Origin: Octopus vulgaris
Lineage: Eukaryota
Direction: 5' to 3'
Length of the DNA: 64,000 nucleotides
NCBI GenBank assembly: GCA_951406725.2
Contig: OX597818.1
Coordinates: 143,902,001-143,966,000 of the forward strand
This document shows, piece by piece, positions 38,345 through 54,293 of the stretch; positions within the stretch are counted from its first letter, which is position 1, and each line of letters begins with the position of its first letter. Below the pieces are notes generated by a model. The model saw only the letters and a list, made by a program, of their open reading frames with translations, was not told the origin of the DNA and did not search any database. The position numbers and the translations under genes are program-made.

Positions 38345-38786
38345 TGGGGGTAGGAACATAGAAAGAGAAAAATTGTGGGGGTAGGAACATAGAGAGAGAA
38401 AGTGAAACAGCAACAACAATTGTAATTATAATAATGAAAAAGGAAAAATATAAATTACTAGTTCTAGTCAAGATGACTTGTCACCAGGAGATGAGAACGA
38501 TTTAGAAAACCGGGATCGATCACCAAATCTCCTCTTTATCTTCTTTCACTCACTCCCTCTCGCCCTCTCTTTCCCCTCTTTCTATCTGTCTGTTTGTCTG
38601 TCTCTCTCTCTCTCTCAATACTCTACCTCTGTCCGTCTGTCTCAGTCTGTCTGTCTGTTTCTCGCTCGCCAAAACACACGTTCTATGAATGTATCTTACT
38701 TTTTCATAGTCTCTCTTATTCTGTTATTTCTTCTATATGCTCTTTCTCTCTCTCTTCCTCTCTCTCTCTCTCTTTCTTTCTCTCTT

Positions 38787-38837
<51 letters not shown>

Positions 38838-40257
38838 GTTTCGTTCTCTCTTATATGTCAGTCAAGAAAATTACCTCTATTTTCATTGGACAGTAAAACA
38901 ATAGAAAAGGCGGGGTTTTAATCTTCCCAGATTGAGGACAAATCCATTTTATATTATTTTTCTTTTCTTTTTTCTTATTTTTCCTTCAGATTTTCTCTTG
39001 TCACCCCCACCCCCACACACACTTCTTGTCTCCCTTCCAATAATGCTTTTATTTTTTGCCCTTTTTCCTTCCTTGGGGTAAAAGAAATGCAAGACAGAAA
39101 GACCTATTACAATTTTTCCTTCCTACTTTAGAATTTTTACTTTTTTGTCTTTTCATTTCTTTTTTTTTTATTTTGTTAATCTAGTTTCGTTTAATATTTC
39201 ATGTTTTTTTAACATCTTTGTTTTTTTTATATATTTACCTTAAAATTATTTATATATATTTTCCAAATTTTTTATACACATTTTTTGTAGTTATTATTTT
39301 TTTTTATTTCAACTATTTCTTTATTTCTCTCATTTTTATGAGAAAATTTCAATATTTTCGATTGCTTTTATCAGTTACAATCTTAATTTAAATCTCCAGC
39401 TTCTTCTGTTTATACGTAAAAGTCAATCCTCTTTCACTGTCTTTCTCTCTCACTCTTTCTATCTCTCCCTGCATCTCTCTCTTTCGTTTTCATTGTACCT
39501 CTCTCTTCCTTCCATTCTTTTTACTTCTTCCTCTTCGGCCTCTCGCCATTTGACCACAGTGCTAGTGACGACGGCTGACAACGATCCGGACTCTCCATTA
39601 CCACTGGCCCCCATACACGTATATCCTAACACCACCACTACCACCGCCATCACAACACTGCCATGACAAACACTACATCACACCAGCAACACCAATACCA
39701 ATACCACCACCGACATCACTGTTTACTAATTCTAATTCTGATATCAGACAAATCCATCTGTGGAGAAAAATCAAATCAAATGTATATAACGATTCCATTA
39801 AATACATATACACATAAATTTGTGTACACACATAAAAACACACTGAGTTACACACACACAAACACACACCATGTATTTGTGTGTGTGTATATGTGTGTGT
39901 GTGTATGTGTGTGTGTGTATGTGTGTGCGCGCGCGCATACATGGCTGTGTTTGTGTAAACCAAAATATAAGGAACTTCGATAAATAAACTTTTCCAACAT
40001 GAAGATTCAATAGACACTTATTCCTTCAACATTACCAGCTTCCTCCTTTTCCACTTCTCCTCTGCCTTTCCTTCTACTACTACTATTACTACTACTACAT
40101 GTCTCAGGCAACTTCCTCTACTGCCATCACCCCCACTGCCACCACCAGACTACCAGCATCACCACCAGAATTACTTATCACTGCCAACATAACTACAACC
40201 ATTGCCACTACTAATATTGATGTTGTTGCTGTTTCTACAACAATAACAACAACAACA

Positions 40258-40300
<43 letters not shown>

Positions 40301-40580
40301 TCTCTTGTAATACTACTATTTTCTCTTGTGGTTCTTCAACTTGTTTTCTTTCTTTTTCCATTCTCGTTTTCTTTTTGAAGTACAATGACATACATTAGGA
40401 ATGAAAAGAAAGTACAGAGCCGCCTCTGGCGGATTAATAATGAAGTACACCACTTTATGATGGCTAAAAAGTGAAACATTAATCAGACAAGAAAAAAAAA
40501 ACTTCTCTCTGTTACAGAGAGAAGAAAATAATCGAAGTTTTGGGACTAAAAAACTAGAAAGTAATAACATGTCTGAAGCA

Positions 40581-40619
<39 letters not shown>

Positions 40620-40740
40620 TTCAATCACTTGCGTAAATATGAACACACACATGCACATATGTTTGTGTGCATCGGTGCGTGTTAGCTTGTATGTGTGTGT
40701 GTATATCAAAGTGTACAAGCATTATATATGAAACCTTGCG

Positions 40741-40793
<53 letters not shown>

Positions 40794-40929
40794 ACATCCA
40801 CACAAGCAGACGAAGGTGACTGTAATTTCGAACTTTCATTTAGTCTGGCTTTGAAAAGCCGTATTTGACAAAACTTTGAAGTGACAATCACTTTAAAAGA
40901 AAAATTAACTCTGCTTCACATATTGATTT

Positions 40930-41001
<72 letters not shown>

Positions 41002-41892
41002 ACATTGCATTTCTATGTATGCTTGTAAGGTGCTTGTTTTTTGTTTTTTTTCTAAAATTAATATCGACTCTGTAGATGTATATTTATGGCGATGCAAATG
41101 GTTCTGCGCATATATTTTGGGAAAATGAAAAAAGAAAAAAAAAAACTTTTCAGTTCTTTTCTAATGAACTGTTCTACTTTCCCAAGAGCAGAGTGGAAGT
41201 GGGATTAGCATTCTATCGTCTGGATTTCTCCAAAGAAGGGAAAATTGTCTGAGACACAAGTGTCCGCATAAGGACAATGCACTATCTCCCTATTCCATTA
41301 TCCCACAGCCAAACAACCACTGCGACAAAAGCGATGATGTCATAACACTTGTCTCAAAGAACTAACTTGCCTTACAACAACAAGACTTGCAAGTTTCGCC
41401 AAATAACTCTTCCTTCCTCTCTTCTACATTTTCTCATCTAACCTCCCGTAGATGACAATACCACCACTGCCACCTATAATGACAACAAAAACGACATCTA
41501 CTACTACAACAAACGTTTCTGCGTGGTCGCTCTACCTGCAATTGCAGCAGTCAAATACACCTCAAATCATACCATTCTCTTTAATATAAGGAAAAGTCGA
41601 CATTAGATATTATAGTGGTATATAACCCCTAAAAAGAGTGAGAGGAAGGTCACAACTGAAAAACCTTTGATGTAAATCAACACCATCAAGGCAGACCTAC
41701 AGCTCCTGAATAATAATAATAATAATAATAATGAAGAAGAAGAAGAAGAAGAAGAAGAAGAAGAAGAAGAAGAAGAAGAAGAAGAAGAATCCTTTCTACT
41801 ATAGGCACAAGGGCCTGACATTTTGGGAGAGGGAGTCCCAGTGCTCAACTGGTACTTAATTTATCGACCCTGAAAGAATGAAAGGAAAAGTC

Positions 41893-41926
<34 letters not shown>

Positions 41927-42038
41927 GACAACAACAACAACAGTAACAACAACTTTAGCTGTAGTATTCGTTCTGCAGGTTTCAGAACGTATGAGAATAC
42001 AGTTTTTGTGACCGGCGACCCCACCACAATTCACCAGC

Positions 42039-42073
<35 letters not shown>

Positions 42074-42077
42074 CACC

Positions 42078-42123
<46 letters not shown>

Positions 42124-42349
42124 GCTGCTGCTGCTACTGCTGCTGTTGCTGTTGACATTTTCAAGTTCTATAGTTTTGGTATAGTTTTTCAGAGATTTAA
42201 TGAAAATATCCATGAATTCTTCAGACTTTTGCTGCTGCTGCTGCTTTCGTTGTTGTTGGTTTTACAATTCTGCCAGGGAAAAACTTTCCATTAATTCATT
42301 AATAATAAACCAAGATATATTTTGTGTGCGTGTGTGTATGTGTGTGTTA

Positions 42350-42380
<31 letters not shown>

Positions 42381-42422
42381 GTGTTATTGTATATCTATAA
42401 AATATACAATGTATATAAATAC

Positions 42423-42459
<37 letters not shown>

Positions 42460-42605
42460 TTATTCGACAACAGTTTGGTTCGGCTCCATGTAACTTTAAA
42501 GTCTCATAGGCTCGTCAAAAGAACGTCTCTCGTCAGACTCGTAGAATATATGCAACTCCAGCCGAGTGTCTCAAGTGCCACTTTCTTTCGCTTGTCGACT
42601 TACTT

Positions 42606-42679
<74 letters not shown>

Positions 42680-42859
42680 GGGGGTGTAGATAGCGAGAAA
42701 GAGAAGGAGAGTTGGAGTATTTATAAAAGTGCATATGTATATCATAGAAGCACATTCAGGTATGAATGGATATAAATAAGCAACTACAATGAAATATTTG
42801 AAATATTGGCACAAATAATTTAAAAGTAATCAATATTGCTTTTCTTCCTCCTCCTCCTC

Positions 42860-42868
42860 TTATTATTA

Positions 42869-42899
<31 letters not shown>

Positions 42900-42922
42900 C
42901 ATTATTATTATTATTATCATGA

Positions 42923-42983
<61 letters not shown>

Positions 42984-43165
42984 TATTATTATTATCATTA
43001 TTACTATTATTATTACTATTATTATTATTATCATTATTATCATTATTATTATCATTATCATTATTATTATTATCATCATCATTATTACTATTATTATTAC
43101 TATTATTATTATTATTATTATTATTATCATTATTATTATTATCATCATTATTATTATCATCATCA

Positions 43166-43229
<64 letters not shown>

Positions 43230-43322
43230 TATTATTATCATCATCATTATTACTATTATTATTACTATTATTATTATTATTATTATTATTATTATCATTA
43301 TTATTATTATCATCATCATTAA

Positions 43323-43391
<69 letters not shown>

Positions 43392-43474
43392 TATTATTAT
43401 CATCATCATTATTACTATTATTATTACTATTATTATTATTATTATTATTATTATCATTATTATTATTATCATCA

Positions 43475-43514
<40 letters not shown>

Positions 43515-43831
43515 CATTATCGTTATTATTATTATCATCATCATTATTACTATTATTATTACTATTATTATTATTACTATTATTATTATTATTATTATTA
43601 TTATCATTATTATTATTATTATCATCATTATTATCATCATTACTATTATTATTATCATTATTATTATTATTATCATTATTATTATCATCATTATTATTAT
43701 TATTACTATTATTATTATTACTATTATTATTATTATTATTATTATTATCATTATTATTATTATCATTATTATTATCATCATTATTATTATTATTACTATT
43801 ATTATTATTATTAATCATCATTATTATTATT

Positions 43832-43899
<68 letters not shown>

Positions 43900-43902
43900 T
43901 AT

Positions 43903-43931
<29 letters not shown>
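42860..43931. repeat. ~1.07 kb (ATT/ATC/ACT)n trinucleotide array
   Basis: Directly visible. Variant patterns recur and the array ends in pure (CAT)n. Confidence 0.97.
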
Positions 43932-43933
<2 letters not shown>

Positions 43934-44409
43934 TTTACTGTTGTTGTCGTCGTGGTCGTCGCTGTTGTTGCTGAAAACATTTCCCCAAATTTTTTTTACA
44001 AAAGTTAGGTTTTATTTATTTATTTTTTTTTTTTTTTTCCACTGCGCCGAAACTTTCGTTGACACAACTTGGGAAGCGACTGAAATAAAGAATAACGACT
44101 GGAATATTTGGGCAATCACTATGACAACAGAAGCAAAAACAAGCGACGTCAATAAGAACGTCATTAACAACAAACGCAAACGCTTAAGCAAATGTAATTT
44201 CGGTTCCGTTTCTTTTTTTTTTTTTTTAATTAAATTCGCTCTTCCTTTCCTGATTTTCTACTTGATTGTTATTTTCTCTAATTATTACGAATATAATTAT
44301 ATCTACGTGTAATTATATTCACATCGCTATAGAACATTCGGAAGAAAACCAATCATTTTTTTTTTTGTATGTAAACATGCATATATATAAACATATGTAT
44401 GTATGAAAG

Positions 44410-44456
<47 letters not shown>

Positions 44457-44766
44457 GTATATGTATATGTATATATATATGTATGTATGTATATATATAT
44501 ATGTATATGTATATGTATATATATATATATGTATGTATGTATGTATGTTTGTATGTATATATGTATGTATGTATGTTTGTATGTATGTATGTATGTATAT
44601 ATGTATGAATGAATGCATTTATGTGTATATATATTATGTATATATACACATTCATACATACAAATATATACAAGTACAAGTTTTCCGTTAGTTGGGTGTG
44701 CCTTTACGCGTTTATACTTATATATAGTTTTATACACAGAAGCATGTACACATATGTATTTCTTTA

Positions 44767-44779
44767 GATAGATAGATAA

Positions 44780-44873
<94 letters not shown>
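44767..44873. repeat. (AGAT)n microsatellite
   Basis: Directly visible. Confidence 0.97.
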
Positions 44874-45265
44874 GTTAATGCATTAACGCGTGTGCGTACA
44901 CACCCTTACACGCACTAACACACCTACGTGTCTGTTTGGCTGTGTTAGTGTTGCGTGTATGCGAGTGTTTTATTTTTATAACTTTATGAACAATCTATCA
45001 AAACATGCATGCATGTATTACATATCATGTATATGTGTATGTATTACATATGTGTGTACGCATGTACGTATGTCTGTGTGCGTATATATATGTATAGTTT
45101 GATTTGCGTATATATATATATGTATAGTTTGATTTGAAAACCCCACTAGAATGGGAGAAAGCGCTAATACATGATCTTAGTTATATGATGTATAAAAAAT
45201 GTAATATACAAATAAATATCTGTAAATATAAACCATCCGATTTTCTGAGTACCTCATTTCTTCTA

Positions 45266-45299
<34 letters not shown>

Positions 45300-45337
45300 G
45301 CATGTATGTAGGTATGTAGGTATGTATGTATGTATAC

Positions 45338-45634
<297 letters not shown>

Positions 45635-46536
45635 AGCGCTAGAAAATATATAAAGTTTTTAACAGGTCTTGTAACCGTTTCTTGTCACATTGCAGCGATG
45701 GTTGCCGTATTTTGAACAGAGTAAAACAAACAAAAAAAGGTACCCCCTGCCTTCACTCACAGCACACACACACACACACTAAAACTTCACTCATTTTATT
45801 TTCTTTTTCCAACACTCATCCTCCATCACTCTCCAATACTTACATTTAGCCGATCCCTTCACCGTATCCCCCACCACCACCACCACCACCACCTATTCCA
45901 AACTGTCTCTCTTCGTTCACTCATTGATTGTTTGCGTGAATGACAGAATGCTTTCACTCACGCAAGAAGACGCTCGCTCGAGCACGCGTTTAATCTTGAA
46001 TGCGCACTTGACACAAAAACAAATGTAAAAAACAAAAATTTTTTTAATAAAAAAAAACGCACAAACACTTGTATATAAACATATACGCATACGCGCACAC
46101 TTAAGATACGTGTAATATGTAAGTATAACAAATGGACACGAAGTTTGAACATTTTGCACATGCATCGAATGCACATGTGAACTCTCCCTCTCACATGCGC
46201 GCGCGCGGAAAAGCATTGACATTCCCAAATATAGAGAAACGGGCAGACATATGCATATTCATGTAGGCATGCATAAACATGTATAAAACATGGTGCAAGA
46301 AACGTGCACAAGCAAAATATCACGTACATAAGCATGCATGAATACTTATATACATGTGCATACACATACATATACACATGCACATGCATAGTCTTGCATG
46401 CATAGATGCAAACATACGCACATGCATTTCATATGCAGACATATTCACCAACTGGCATACATGCATACAAACATAAATATGTGCGTAGAAACATGTGTAT
46501 ACGCTTACATATCATATACAGGCATACATACTTGGA

Positions 46537-46942
46537 TACATGCATACATACATGCATACATACATGCATACATACATGCATACATACATGCATACATACA
46601 TACATACATACATACATACATACATACATACATACATACATACATACATACATACATACATACATACATACATACATACATACATACATACATACATACA
46701 TACATACATGCATACATACATGCATACATACACGCATACATACACACATACATACATACATACATGCATACATACATACATACATACATACATGCATACA
46801 TACATACATACATGCATACATAATACATACATACATACATACATGCATACATAATACATACATACATACATACATACATGCATACATACATACATGCATA
46901 CATACATACATACATACATGCATACATACATGCATACATACA

Positions 46943-46975
<33 letters not shown>

Positions 46976-47250
46976 GCATACATACATACATACATACATA
47001 CATACATACATACATACATACATACATACATACATACATACATACATACATACATACATACATACATACATACATAATACATACATACATACATACATAC
47101 ATACATACATACATACATACATACATACATACATACATGCATACATACATACATGCATACATACATACATACATACATGCATACATACATGCATACATAC
47201 ATACATACATGCATACATACATACATACATACATACATACATACATGCAT
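46537..47250. repeat. (TACA)n microsatellite
   Basis: Directly visible. Confidence 0.97.
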
Positions 47251-47327
47251 GTATTGCGTACAATAATGTCGCATGTAACAAACAACACAAACTTACAAGA
47301 TCAAATAATATGAATATATCTTGTGTG

Positions 47328-47363
<36 letters not shown>

Positions 47364-47705
47364 TATTTGTCACGCATAATATACATGTAGTTATATATGA
47401 ATACATGTGCAGAAACGTAAACATGTATGCTTATATAAACTGAAATTGACATATCAACTCATTCGTAACACATGTACACGTGTACATTTCCAGAAATATG
47501 GCAATGTATATATGCTTCTGTATAAACACATTATGTGTGTGTGTGTCTGCGTGAGTGAGTGTGTACGTGTGTACGTGAGTGTATGTGTGCGTGAGTGTGT
47601 GTGTGTGTGTGTGTATGTGTGTTTGTGTGTGTGTGTAATACATTAAATGCACATAGATATACGCTTACGTCTAGCCACCTTTGTTTTTGTTTTTTCGTGA
47701 ACTCT

Positions 47706-47739
<34 letters not shown>

Positions 47740-49788
47740 ATACACACACACGCACACATACATATATATACACACACATACATACACACATACACACACA
47801 TATATAATATTTTTATTTGGGTGGTAACACTGAATTTCACCCAGTTACCCCATTTCTCATTGGTCATAATTATATATATAGATATAGATAATATACCGGG
47901 TCTTATATTTAAAACAACTTTTTAGTTGTAACTAATTATATAAGTAAAGAATACTTGCAGCCACACATATTGGTGACTGTCAGACATGCATGAAGAGTCG
48001 GGTCAAATATGCACGACAAAATACATGCAAAACGCGAATGCACGTTGTAAACACGCCGCTACTTTCATATTCGTACGAACACGCACTAACATGTGCACGT
48101 AGAACGAATGGAGTTTCTAAGTTACTGGAACAAACACACGTACACAATGTTTGCAGATGCACAGCCACAAACAGTATACTCAGATGCACGAAGACACATG
48201 GTTCACATACACACAGACACACGAGCACGTGCAGATACGCACTCGCATCCAATTCGTCTTTTCATGCGCACGCACACTTGAAATACATTGAATTGAATTA
48301 ATTCAAACGCACAGAAATACTAAAAGTAACACCCTGTAAACACTAGCACACACACACACATGGGCGCGCGTAAACACACACTTGCGCGAAGTCTGAGACA
48401 CGCATGCACACAAAACAGACTGGCAGACACCGGTAGATAGAAATTGCATGCACTAGTGTTTACAAAATATATTCATGATATACCGTGCAGACATGCGCAA
48501 AAACATACGTAGTCATAGGCACGTTGTTTCTTGAATCTGCGCACACTCATACATACATACATAGATAGAGGCGGCGTATGTACCCCAGCCCCAAATAACT
48601 TATATATTCACATAGTTTCTGTATACATAGTTTCCCCAATACAGACACACGCACTGACAAACGGTATGTATGAATGGATGCCTGTCAATATATATGGTGA
48701 GAAAAAGAGAGAGATGTGGGGGGTGGGGGTGAGAGTACACTTTGTTACAAGAAATATATAAACGGAAAACTAAACACATACAACAAATTATAGACTACAA
48801 AAACCATCTTGATGAAGATGAAGTCTTTATTCGTTTGGTGGCCACCACCAATAAGTAGCGGCAAGATATATTTGAGTTGACATTTTCCTAAATATTTGTT
48901 TTGACTGAAAACAGCGTTAGCGATCTTACACATGCTTTCATCGTATTCCATATAAGGAAGTCTTGAATATCCGACAATCCACCGTGTTATGTGCCTGCCT
49001 GCCTGCATGCATATCAATCTACCTCTCTGTCAGTCATCTATCTATCTATCTATCTATCTATTTATCTATCTATCTATCTGTCTGTCTGTCAGTCATCTGT
49101 CTGTCTATCTATCTATCTATCTATCTATCGATCGATCGATCGATTTATCTGTCTGTCTGTCAGACTGTCTTTCTGTTTGTCTGTCTGCATGCCTGTCTGC
49201 CTGTCTGCATGTCTGTCTGTCTGCATGTCTGTCTGTCTGTCTGTCTGTCTGCATGTCTGTCTGCCTGTCTGTCTGTCTTGCCAGATAGCTAGCTTATCCA
49301 TTTGTACGCAGCTTCATATGTAGGCGCGCGCGTTTCTTTGTGTACGTGCGCGCGCGCGTTAGTGTGTGTGCGCGCGCTTGTATGTGCATGTATGTGTGCG
49401 TATATATACATAGAAACATATATACATGCATATGTATGTATAAATGCATACACGCAAACACTCACACACACACACATATATATATAAGAATTTTTTGCGT
49501 AATAAGATAACAAAAAAACCAAGGCTGTATAGATATTATATATATTAATGCTTGTTTAGATGTCAAGTCATATATATATTAATATATTATATATAAGGCA
49601 GTGCTCCAGCATGGCCGCAGCCAAATGACTGAAACAAGTAAAAGAAAAGAAAAAAGAATATATACATATACATACATACATACTTACATACATACATATA
49701 TACATATATATGTATACATATATATACATACATACTTACATACATACATATATACATATATATGTATACATATATATACATACATACT

Positions 49789-49853
<65 letters not shown>

Positions 49854-50357
49854 ACACACACACACAAAGGTAGGATCCAAGAATCGAAGTGTAGGAAGTT
49901 AGTAAGCTTCAAGCTATCCGGAGAAGATATCAAAAACAACTTTCAAGAACAATAAAGGTTTATTGGCGCAAGAAGTTGAGAATTTCTCCCGTATCGAAGT
50001 CCGATAAGCTGGAAAAAAAGTTAATTTTATAGTTCGCGGTTAGCTGCACGGGGTTCTCGTAGGTGCGAGTAAACATCGAAAAATTAGGGAATAGAGTAGT
50101 AGATAAAACCCAGTCTACATATTTTGTATAGCTAGCGAAACATTGGAAGTAGTAAATTATCCAAATGAGGGGTAGGTTGCAAGCTACTCTTTAGGCGAAT
50201 GATACCTTGATTATATGAAGTTTACATTGTCGAATCCCCAACTAGTTAACACAAGATCTAATGACAATCTACCCAACGATTAGATAATTTGCTACTCCCG
50301 AGGTTTCGCTAGCTATGAAACATATGTAGACTGGATTTTTATCCTCTCCGTTCCATA

Positions 50358-50407
<50 letters not shown>

Positions 50408-50409
<2 letters not shown>

Positions 50410-50664
50410 TCTTTTATTTTTTTCAGTCATTTGACTGCGACCATGCTGGGGTACCACCTTTAGTCGAACAAAACGTCCCCAGGACTTATTCTTTGTAAGT
50501 GTAGTACTTATTCTATCGATCTGTTTTGCCGAACCGCTATGTTACGGGGAAGTAAACACACCAACATCAGTTGTGAAGCGATGCTAGTGGGACATACACA
50601 AACACACAAACATATACATATATACGCACACACACACATACACACGCACGCACACACACACACA

Positions 50665-50757
<93 letters not shown>

Positions 50758-50910
50758 GACGGGCTTCTTTCAGTTTCCGTCTACCAAATCCACTCACAAG
50801 GCTTTGGTTGGCCCGAGGCTATAGTAGAAGACATTTGCCCAAGGTGCCACGCAGTGGGACTAAACCCGGAACTGTGTGGTTGGTAAGCAAGCTACTTACC
50901 ACACAGCTAC

Positions 50911-50911
<1 letters not shown>
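50408..50911 (-). mobile_element. SINE family A copy
   Basis: Reverse complement of the family A body. The target region reads aagtagcttgcttacca. Confidence 0.9.
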
Positions 50912-50946
<35 letters not shown>

Positions 50947-51229
50947 GTGTGTGTGTATCTTTATGTGTGTGTTCATGTGCATTGAGTGCTGTCTGCGTGT
51001 GCGTGTGCGTGTATTTGTATGTTTGTGTATATGTGTACGGTTATGTGAGATAAATTCGTTTTGTTTTTCTTATGTTTTTGTTGTTTTTTTTACCTTTTAT
51101 TTCAATCCTTATTTCTCATCAATATTTCTAACAAATCAGTCAATAAAATATTCCCTTACATTGTTCACTACTTCTAACATTCCACTTGTGAATGCTTTGA
51201 AATTACCGGACCTTGGTTTGAAGAACTAA

Positions 51230-51960
51230 TCGAGCCACGTTTTCAGCTCCATGTTATTGTTCAACAAAACACCACGCATTCGGCTGAGAGACCGAAAAAG
51301 TTGACAATCTAAAAGCGCTGTATCAGGAGAATACAGCGGATGCGGTAGAACCTGAGTAGCTTTTTGGCTAAATTAGCAAAGAGGTCATATTGTCATATTG
51401 AAGAAGCACACCGTGTTGCCAGCCAGGTCGTATCAGCTGGATTACCCATCGGGTGAAGAGACGGACGTTAGTATCATGAGAGCATCCCATCTGCTCAGCT
51501 AATTCCCTGGTGGACTGGTTTGGAACTCGTATATGAGCTCGTTCAATCGATCTTCATTGAACAGGTCGGCTGGAACGCGTAGAGTATGTAAGGTCGAATT
51601 TTCCCTCTTTGAAGCGTGAAAACCATTTCTGTGCAGTTCTTTTTGGCGACAGTGCTTTCTCCATACACAATATAAATGTTTCGAGCAGCATTGCCAACTC
51701 TGGCAGCCTTGGATCCTTGATTAAAAGTGAACAGAAGAAGTCGTCGATAAAGCACTTTTTTTTTTTCACTAGGCATTCCGTGATATATCTGAAAAGAAGC
51801 AGAATTTATTCGAATTTCAAAAGCGATAAACTAAAATTGTAGAGGAAGGTTAGAGCAGCAAAAGAAAGGAGAAAGACATAAAGCACTACGGTAAAAATAT
51901 GTTTCGTGTTAATCCAAATAACATGGGAAGAAAACGAATGGCTTTGTCCGACAACACAAT
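51230..51960 (-). mobile_element. Mariner relic (N-terminal half and TIR)
   Basis: Minus strand AARNIYIVYGES..., RTAQKWFSRFKEGKFDL..RSSRP, and a TIR-like ttgtccgacaacacaat. Confidence 0.75.
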
Positions 51961-52369
51961 CCATTTTAACGTATGGCCGTCAATTTCTTTGATCAACTGA
52001 ACTGCCAACTCATTGAATTAGTGAGCGAAATGACTGAGTATTCTACAGGCGTGAATGTCCTTAACGTAATTTTCGGGTAGAATCAGCGTAATACGATGTG
52101 ACAAGGTTGGACTATTGAATTACAAGGTACAGTCCGACCGATGGACTTCTACACAGTTTCCGTCTACCTTAATTCGCTCAAGATTTGAACCCACCCGAGG
52201 ATTTGGTGAAGACAATAACCTAAGGTTCTACGCAGTGGGATCGAACACGACACATCATAGCTACGAAAGGAACTACTAATTCTCTCAGACTTATCTGCAT
52301 GTGACTTTTTTGTGATTCTTTTTGATATCTTGGTTACCGATTTAATAAAGATGGTTTGCAAATTAGGAG

Positions 52370-53602
52370 TGATAAAGTGCAGCCTATTTTAAATACACCA
52401 GACCCTAAAAAGAATAGTGAGTTAAGATCATTTGTAAGAATGTTATCACATTATCGTCGCTTTTTACCAAATATTTCAACACTGCTGACGCCATTATATT
52501 CCTTATTGCATAAAGATTCCCTTTGGGGGTAGAATGTCGGACATCAGAAAGCGTTTGCTACAGCTAAGAAGTTGCTTACTGGTTCATCTGTACTTGTGCA
52601 TTATAACCCACATAAACGTTTAATGTTACAATGTAATGCGTCGCCATCAGGGCTATGTGCAGCTCTTTCTCATCGAAGGAATGACAGAACTGTTCGTCCT
52701 GTAGCTTTTACCTCACCTATTCTGTTACCAGCTGAAAAGAACTATTCTCAGTTGGACAAAGAAGCACTTGCAGTTTTATTTGGTGTCAAACGATTCTATG
52801 AATATGTTTGGGGCCGTCATTTCGAAATTTATACTAATCATAAACCTTTGATTGCACTACTTAGAGAAGTGCGAGGTATTCAGCAAATGTGTTCACCTAG
52901 AATGCAGAGATGGGCTTTGATGTTAAGTGCTTTTAGTTAAGTGCTTTTAGTATGCATTACGTTCCTGGACCTAAGAGTGTTACTGCTGATGTATTGAGCC
53001 GTTTACCCTTGACTTCGTTACACGAAATTGAACAACCAGCGGAACTGGTACACATGATGTAACATTTTAGTGGCAAACCTATCCGAAGACGGGATATACT
53101 TCGACTAACAGACAAAGATAAAATATTTCTAGTGTCAAACATTATCTTTTAAGAGGGTGGCTGTCCAAAACAAGTCTAGACTTAAAACCGTTTTTACAAC
53201 GTAAAAATGAACTGAGTTTGAACGAGGGCTGCATATTTTGAGGTCCTCGTTTGGGGTCCTTTAAATTAAGACAACAATTGTTTAATGAGTTGAATGATGC
53301 TCATCCAGGCATAAACCGAATGAAGGCATTATTTCGACGCTGCTGCTGATGGCACAACCCTGGATGCTGATATTGCGCAGATGTGCAGAAGATGTGACGT
53401 TTGTCAACAAAATCAGCGACAAAACACGCCAGGACCTGTACATCCCTGGACGTGGTTTGAAGAACTGTGGCAAAGGTTACGCGTTGATTATTTTGGTCCT
53501 CTTAATGGTATGATGCGCTTATTGATTATTGATGCACATTCGAAATGGATAGATGTACATCCAGTGGTACATGCTACAGTAGAATCTACGGTAGCCCGAC
53601 TA

Positions 53603-53603
<1 letters not shown>
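52370..53603 (+). mobile_element. Ty3/Gypsy pol relic (RT end, RNase H, integrase N-terminus)
   Basis: RNase H motifs CNASPSGL..RPVAFTS..AEKNYSQLDKEALAVLFGVKRF..YTNHKPL. Integrase HPG..CDVC and RVDYFGP..IDAHSKW. Order RH then INT, with multiple stops. Confidence 0.92.
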
Positions 53604-53659
<56 letters not shown>

Positions 53660-53664
<5 letters not shown>

Positions 53665-53860
53665 AGAGTTTACAAAAAAAGACAAAAGACGAAGACAGGT
53701 GGTGTACAAAACAAACAGATGTATTATAACGCTCAGGAATAGAAAAAGTCTTTCACGTTTCGAGCCTATGATCTTCTACAGAAAGGGACACAGAAAAACA
53801 AACAAGGAGAGAAACAAGAAGAAAAAAATGTGTGTAGTGGCTAACGATCTATCATGGCGA
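53660..53860 (-). mobile_element. Penelope-like terminal-repeat fragment with hammerhead-like core
   Basis: Minus strand cttt-CTGTAGA-agatcataggctc-GAAACGT-gaaag (53748-53787), sitting between (TA)n tracts. Confidence 0.5.
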
Positions 53861-53866
53861 CCTATA

Positions 53867-53918
<52 letters not shown>

Positions 53919-53920
<2 letters not shown>

Positions 53921-54210
53921 GGCGCATGGCCTAGTGGTTAGGGTGTTGCAATCACGATCGCAAGATCCTGGTTTCAATTCCTAGACCGGGTGGTGCATTG
54001 AGTTCTTGAGAAAAACACTTCATCTCATTTTACTCTGTAATCACTTCGACACCTGACGCATGGTACACGGTGCACCTGTTCAGACAACGTCGATTTGATG
54101 GAGCGAAGGAGTCAGTGTGCGGCACGAACATTTGATCAGTATAAGCAATTCATTTGTGCAAGTCGTTCGGTAGTAGTTGAACACTCATACGCCGTCATCG
54201 ACGGGTGAAT
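53919..54210 (+). mobile_element. tRNA-derived SINE family C
   Basis: gggcgcatggcctagtggttagg (A box) and ggtttcaattcc (B box), followed by gttcttgag..acactt. Confidence 0.7.
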
Positions 54211-54214
54211 CAAT

Positions 54215-54289
<75 letters not shown>

Positions 54290-54293
<4 letters not shown>

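Noticed and set aside
39459-39983. His/Gln-rich coding exon
   Set aside because: Low-complexity sequence with no recognisable domain or clear splice pair, so it cannot be supported.
42756-43980. Poly-I and poly-N ORFs of 341-386 aa
   Set aside because: They are translations of the (ATT)n array.
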